From Geosiphon pyriformis uo1 (lineage: Eukaryota > Fungi > Glomeromycota), in assembly GCA_016748015.1 (NCBI GenBank), contig JAAOMT010000586.1, positions 665,483 through 729,482 of the forward strand: 64,000 nt of DNA, in the 5' to 3' direction. A program made the translations under genes and the position numbers. Under the pieces are notes generated by a model that saw nothing but the letters and a program-made list of their open reading frames with translations, ran no database searches and was not told the origin of the DNA. The first letter of the stretch is position 1. Each line of letters begins with the position of its first letter. This document shows positions 61,243 through 64,000 of the stretch, piece after piece.

Positions 61243-64000
61243 GTGGCAACTGCCTTAGACATCACAACTTTAGAGTACTATCAATTGATTTACACACACT
61301 GCAAACAACAATTTGAAATACGTGATAGAATCATAGCTTTCAAGAAAACACTTTTTCAATACATCGAAAATCAAATCAATGACTACCTCTTTGGGAACTA
61401 TAACATTACAACAGTTAAAAAAGATCTTTTTGAGAACATACTATACTATTCCAACACTGAATCAGAAAACATTAGTGCTGAAGCTTGTGCTACTTATTTT
61501 GAGGAACTCAATTATAATATCATTCGATTCTGTGAAGAAAAATATCTTGCAAACGCACAATTTGCCTTTGAACTCGAATCTGAACCTGAAACCAGTAGCA
61601 ACAAAAGACAAAAAGATAACCGACCTGTTCACACAACACCCAATACTCCCAAAATATCATTCAACCATTTACAAACACCTGAACAAGGAACCAGCTCAAA
61701 ACTTTCACTTACTATCACACCTTTTCCAGCTTTACTTGCACAAGCCCAAACACCTAATTCACCCTTGAATCGATTTGCAAGACCAGAAGATTTTACATCA
61801 CTCAGAAGTCCCACCAGACAACAAAAATCCCTTCAAACTAGTTCCAATCTCCTTGATTTTCTAGCTGAAAACCAAAGTGAACACTCTGAGACAGCAGCAA
61901 ACGAAAAAAACAACTCTGAAATAACTGAAGAAGAATCAATAAACAGTGAAAACGAAAAAGACAAAATGACAACATACATTGCAAAAATTCCTGAATTCAA
62001 TAGAGAAGATATTGAGACCAGTCCCCAAGAATGGCTTAACCAAGTTACTAAAGCTGAAGATGCAAATGGATGGAATGCTGCCAGAATGTTAAGAACAATT
62101 CCCTACTTTCTCAAAGGAACAGCAGGAGAATGGTTTGAAAACTTTGCCACCCCATTCAATGATTGGAATGCTTTCAAAGCAGCCTTTCTTGAACAGTTCA
62201 CTGACAATAATACCTTCATCACTCTTCGCAATTGTTTTTGAAATATTAAACAAGAACCCTCTGAATCCCTTATGACTTATATTGGAAAATTCAACAAACT
62301 TCTCAGACGGATTCGCCAACTCGAGACAAACGATTATTATTCTGATGCTCAAATCTTGGATCAATTTATTGCTGGTCTAAAAGATAAACTAATTAAAAAG
62401 GTTCGCCCACACACACCAGAAGATTTAAACTCTGCCATACAGCATGTGAAAAGATACGAAATGGCCATGGAAGAAGCCAATCGTACAAAACTTGTAAATT
62501 TGGCAATTGGAGAAACCAGCTCAGCAGCTGAGAAAAAAATTGACCAACTTACAAAGAAGGTTGAAAACTATTTTACCAACCAACAACAACAACAACTCTA
62601 AAGATATTAACCACCTCAAAGATGAAATCAAAATAACTTTGCACCACTTTCCAATAACCAGCCCCAGAATTGCCATTACTATGGAATCTCTGGCCACTGG
62701 AAAAGAGATTGCAAAAAGCTACAGCAAGACCAACAAAACAGGGGTAATCAACATTACTCTCTACCACAGCAATTTTATTATAACCTATTATCACTAGTTT
62801 ACTATCCACCAAGACCCCAATACCAAAATAACTATTATCAGTCTGCCCCACAACCAATCCAACAGCAATACCAACAACCACCCACACCACATTATCAAGT
62901 ACCTACTCGAAAACTGATTACACAAAATCAATTTACACCACAAAACTGATACCAAGTAAACAATAATAGAATCAGTTCGAACAACCAATTGGTTCCCCAA
63001 AATCCCACTCAACCAAGACCCAACCACTACCACACTCAACCCAGTTATTTAACAATGCCAGAAGAACAAGATTTTTACCATACTGCACTCTCGGAAGATA
63101 GAGCTGCGGCACAACAACAATAAAACCCTTCTCATAATCACACCACTATTCCACCAGCCCAAATTGCTGAAAATGCCAATCTCTCTAATATCTTTTCTTT
63201 TGAATTTGAAGCAAATGAATCACCATTCTTGCTTAGCAATGCAGCGGCTAATGAGCAAAAAGCTATCACTACAATGTACACAGAAGCTGAAGTAGAAGGA
63301 AAGCCAATTCGCTTGATCCTAAACAGTAGATCCGCCGGAAGCATTATCACCTACCAGTTAATGCAACAGTTGAAAAGAAATGTTGACCAACCAGCTCAAA
63401 CAGTAATCGTCACTGCCAATGGCATGAAAAAGACACCAGTAGGAGAAATTGACAATTTTCCATTCACTCTTGATGGAATCACCATTCCAGTCAAAGTTCT
63501 TGTAATGGATGCACCCCAGTATCAAGCTCTCGTCAGAAATAATTGGCTTCAAAAAGCCAATGCTAATTTGAATTGGGAAACACAAGAGTTAACAATCTTT
63601 TACCAAGGACAACACGTCTGGGTACCTGCTATTTGTGGTACATTCAACAAACGATCTGAAAAAGCCCTGGCTTTTGAATTTAAACCAGAAGAAAAAAAAC
63701 CAATAATCGAAACATTCATGGCTCTTGGATCAATGTCCAACTGGGCTGATGAAACAGAACAAGAACATTTTACTCCACATACTAAACCCGAAACCTCTGG
63801 ATGGAATATACCTTACTCAAAACTCGAACCAAAGAAACGATGCCCCTATATTCCCCTTAAATGTAAGGACTGTCACAAAAAACTATCATCAATGGGAGCC
63901 TGCATTTCACCTGAAGAAAAATATGAGAATTATACTTGTTATTACTGCAAGGCTTACCACAGAGAGCGATGGGGCCATCTAATAAAAAGGAGTGGAAAAT
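61243..64000 (+). pseudogene. Single-frame gag-pol (N-terminal extension, retrotransposon gag, CCHC knuckle, Q/N/P-rich linker, protease, Cys-rich domain) with a few premature stops
   Basis: ORFs 61243..62241 and 62272..62601 and the protease motif (LILNSRSAGS at ~63313) share one frame; IPEF..SPQEWL, LKGTAGEWF and QFIAGLK; knuckle remnant at ~62670..62712. Confidence 0.9.

Larger units (their letters stand above)
60218..64000 (+). mobile_element. Ty3/Gypsy element A (least decayed): 5' LTR, PBS, gag-protease-Cys-rich region; runs off the window
   Basis: Inserted in opposite orientation into the gag of element C, after GCGC; CpGs partly retained. Confidence 0.93.

Noticed and set aside
1-64000. 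Mitochondrial or Mollicutes-like endosymbiont DNA with TGA=Trp, suggested by the AT richness and in-frame TGA at Trp positions
   Set aside because: Spliceosomal introns and retrotransposons show nuclear origin; Trp codons also decay to TAG/TAA, consistent with G>A mutation rather than recoding.

Overview
Eukaryotic, very AT-rich, transposon-saturated DNA. It is most likely fungal: the TE-derived ORFs resemble, from recall only, repeat-derived hypothetical proteins of Glomeromycotina such as Geosiphon, which is an inference and not a database result. There is one intact host gene, at 18761..22761 (- strand, 7 exons, about 1115-1125 aa). It encodes a disordered N-terminus with an AT-hook-like motif, a non-canonical bromodomain, an unrecognised middle region and an atypical protein-kinase domain, and it sits in a CpG-retaining island (~17.8-23.9 kb). 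Almost everything else is nested retroelements at different stages of C>T/G>A decay. (i) LINEs with ORF1 (CCHC) and ORF2 (APE endonuclease-RT-RNase H-Cys/His). (ii) A 2.3-kb ORF1-only non-autonomous partner (HAL1-like) that shares the LINE 3' end. (iii) Ty3/Gypsy LTR elements whose pol carries a multi-Cys domain and a dUTPase between protease and RT, plus an extra ORF between integrase and PPT. (iv) Several solo LTRs with 4-bp target-site duplications. Main leads: the bromodomain-kinase gene, the dUTPase/zinc-domain/ORF3 Gypsy lineage, the HAL-LINE pair, a RIP-like mutational signature, and an LTR family with a covarying hairpin in place of a tRNA PBS.
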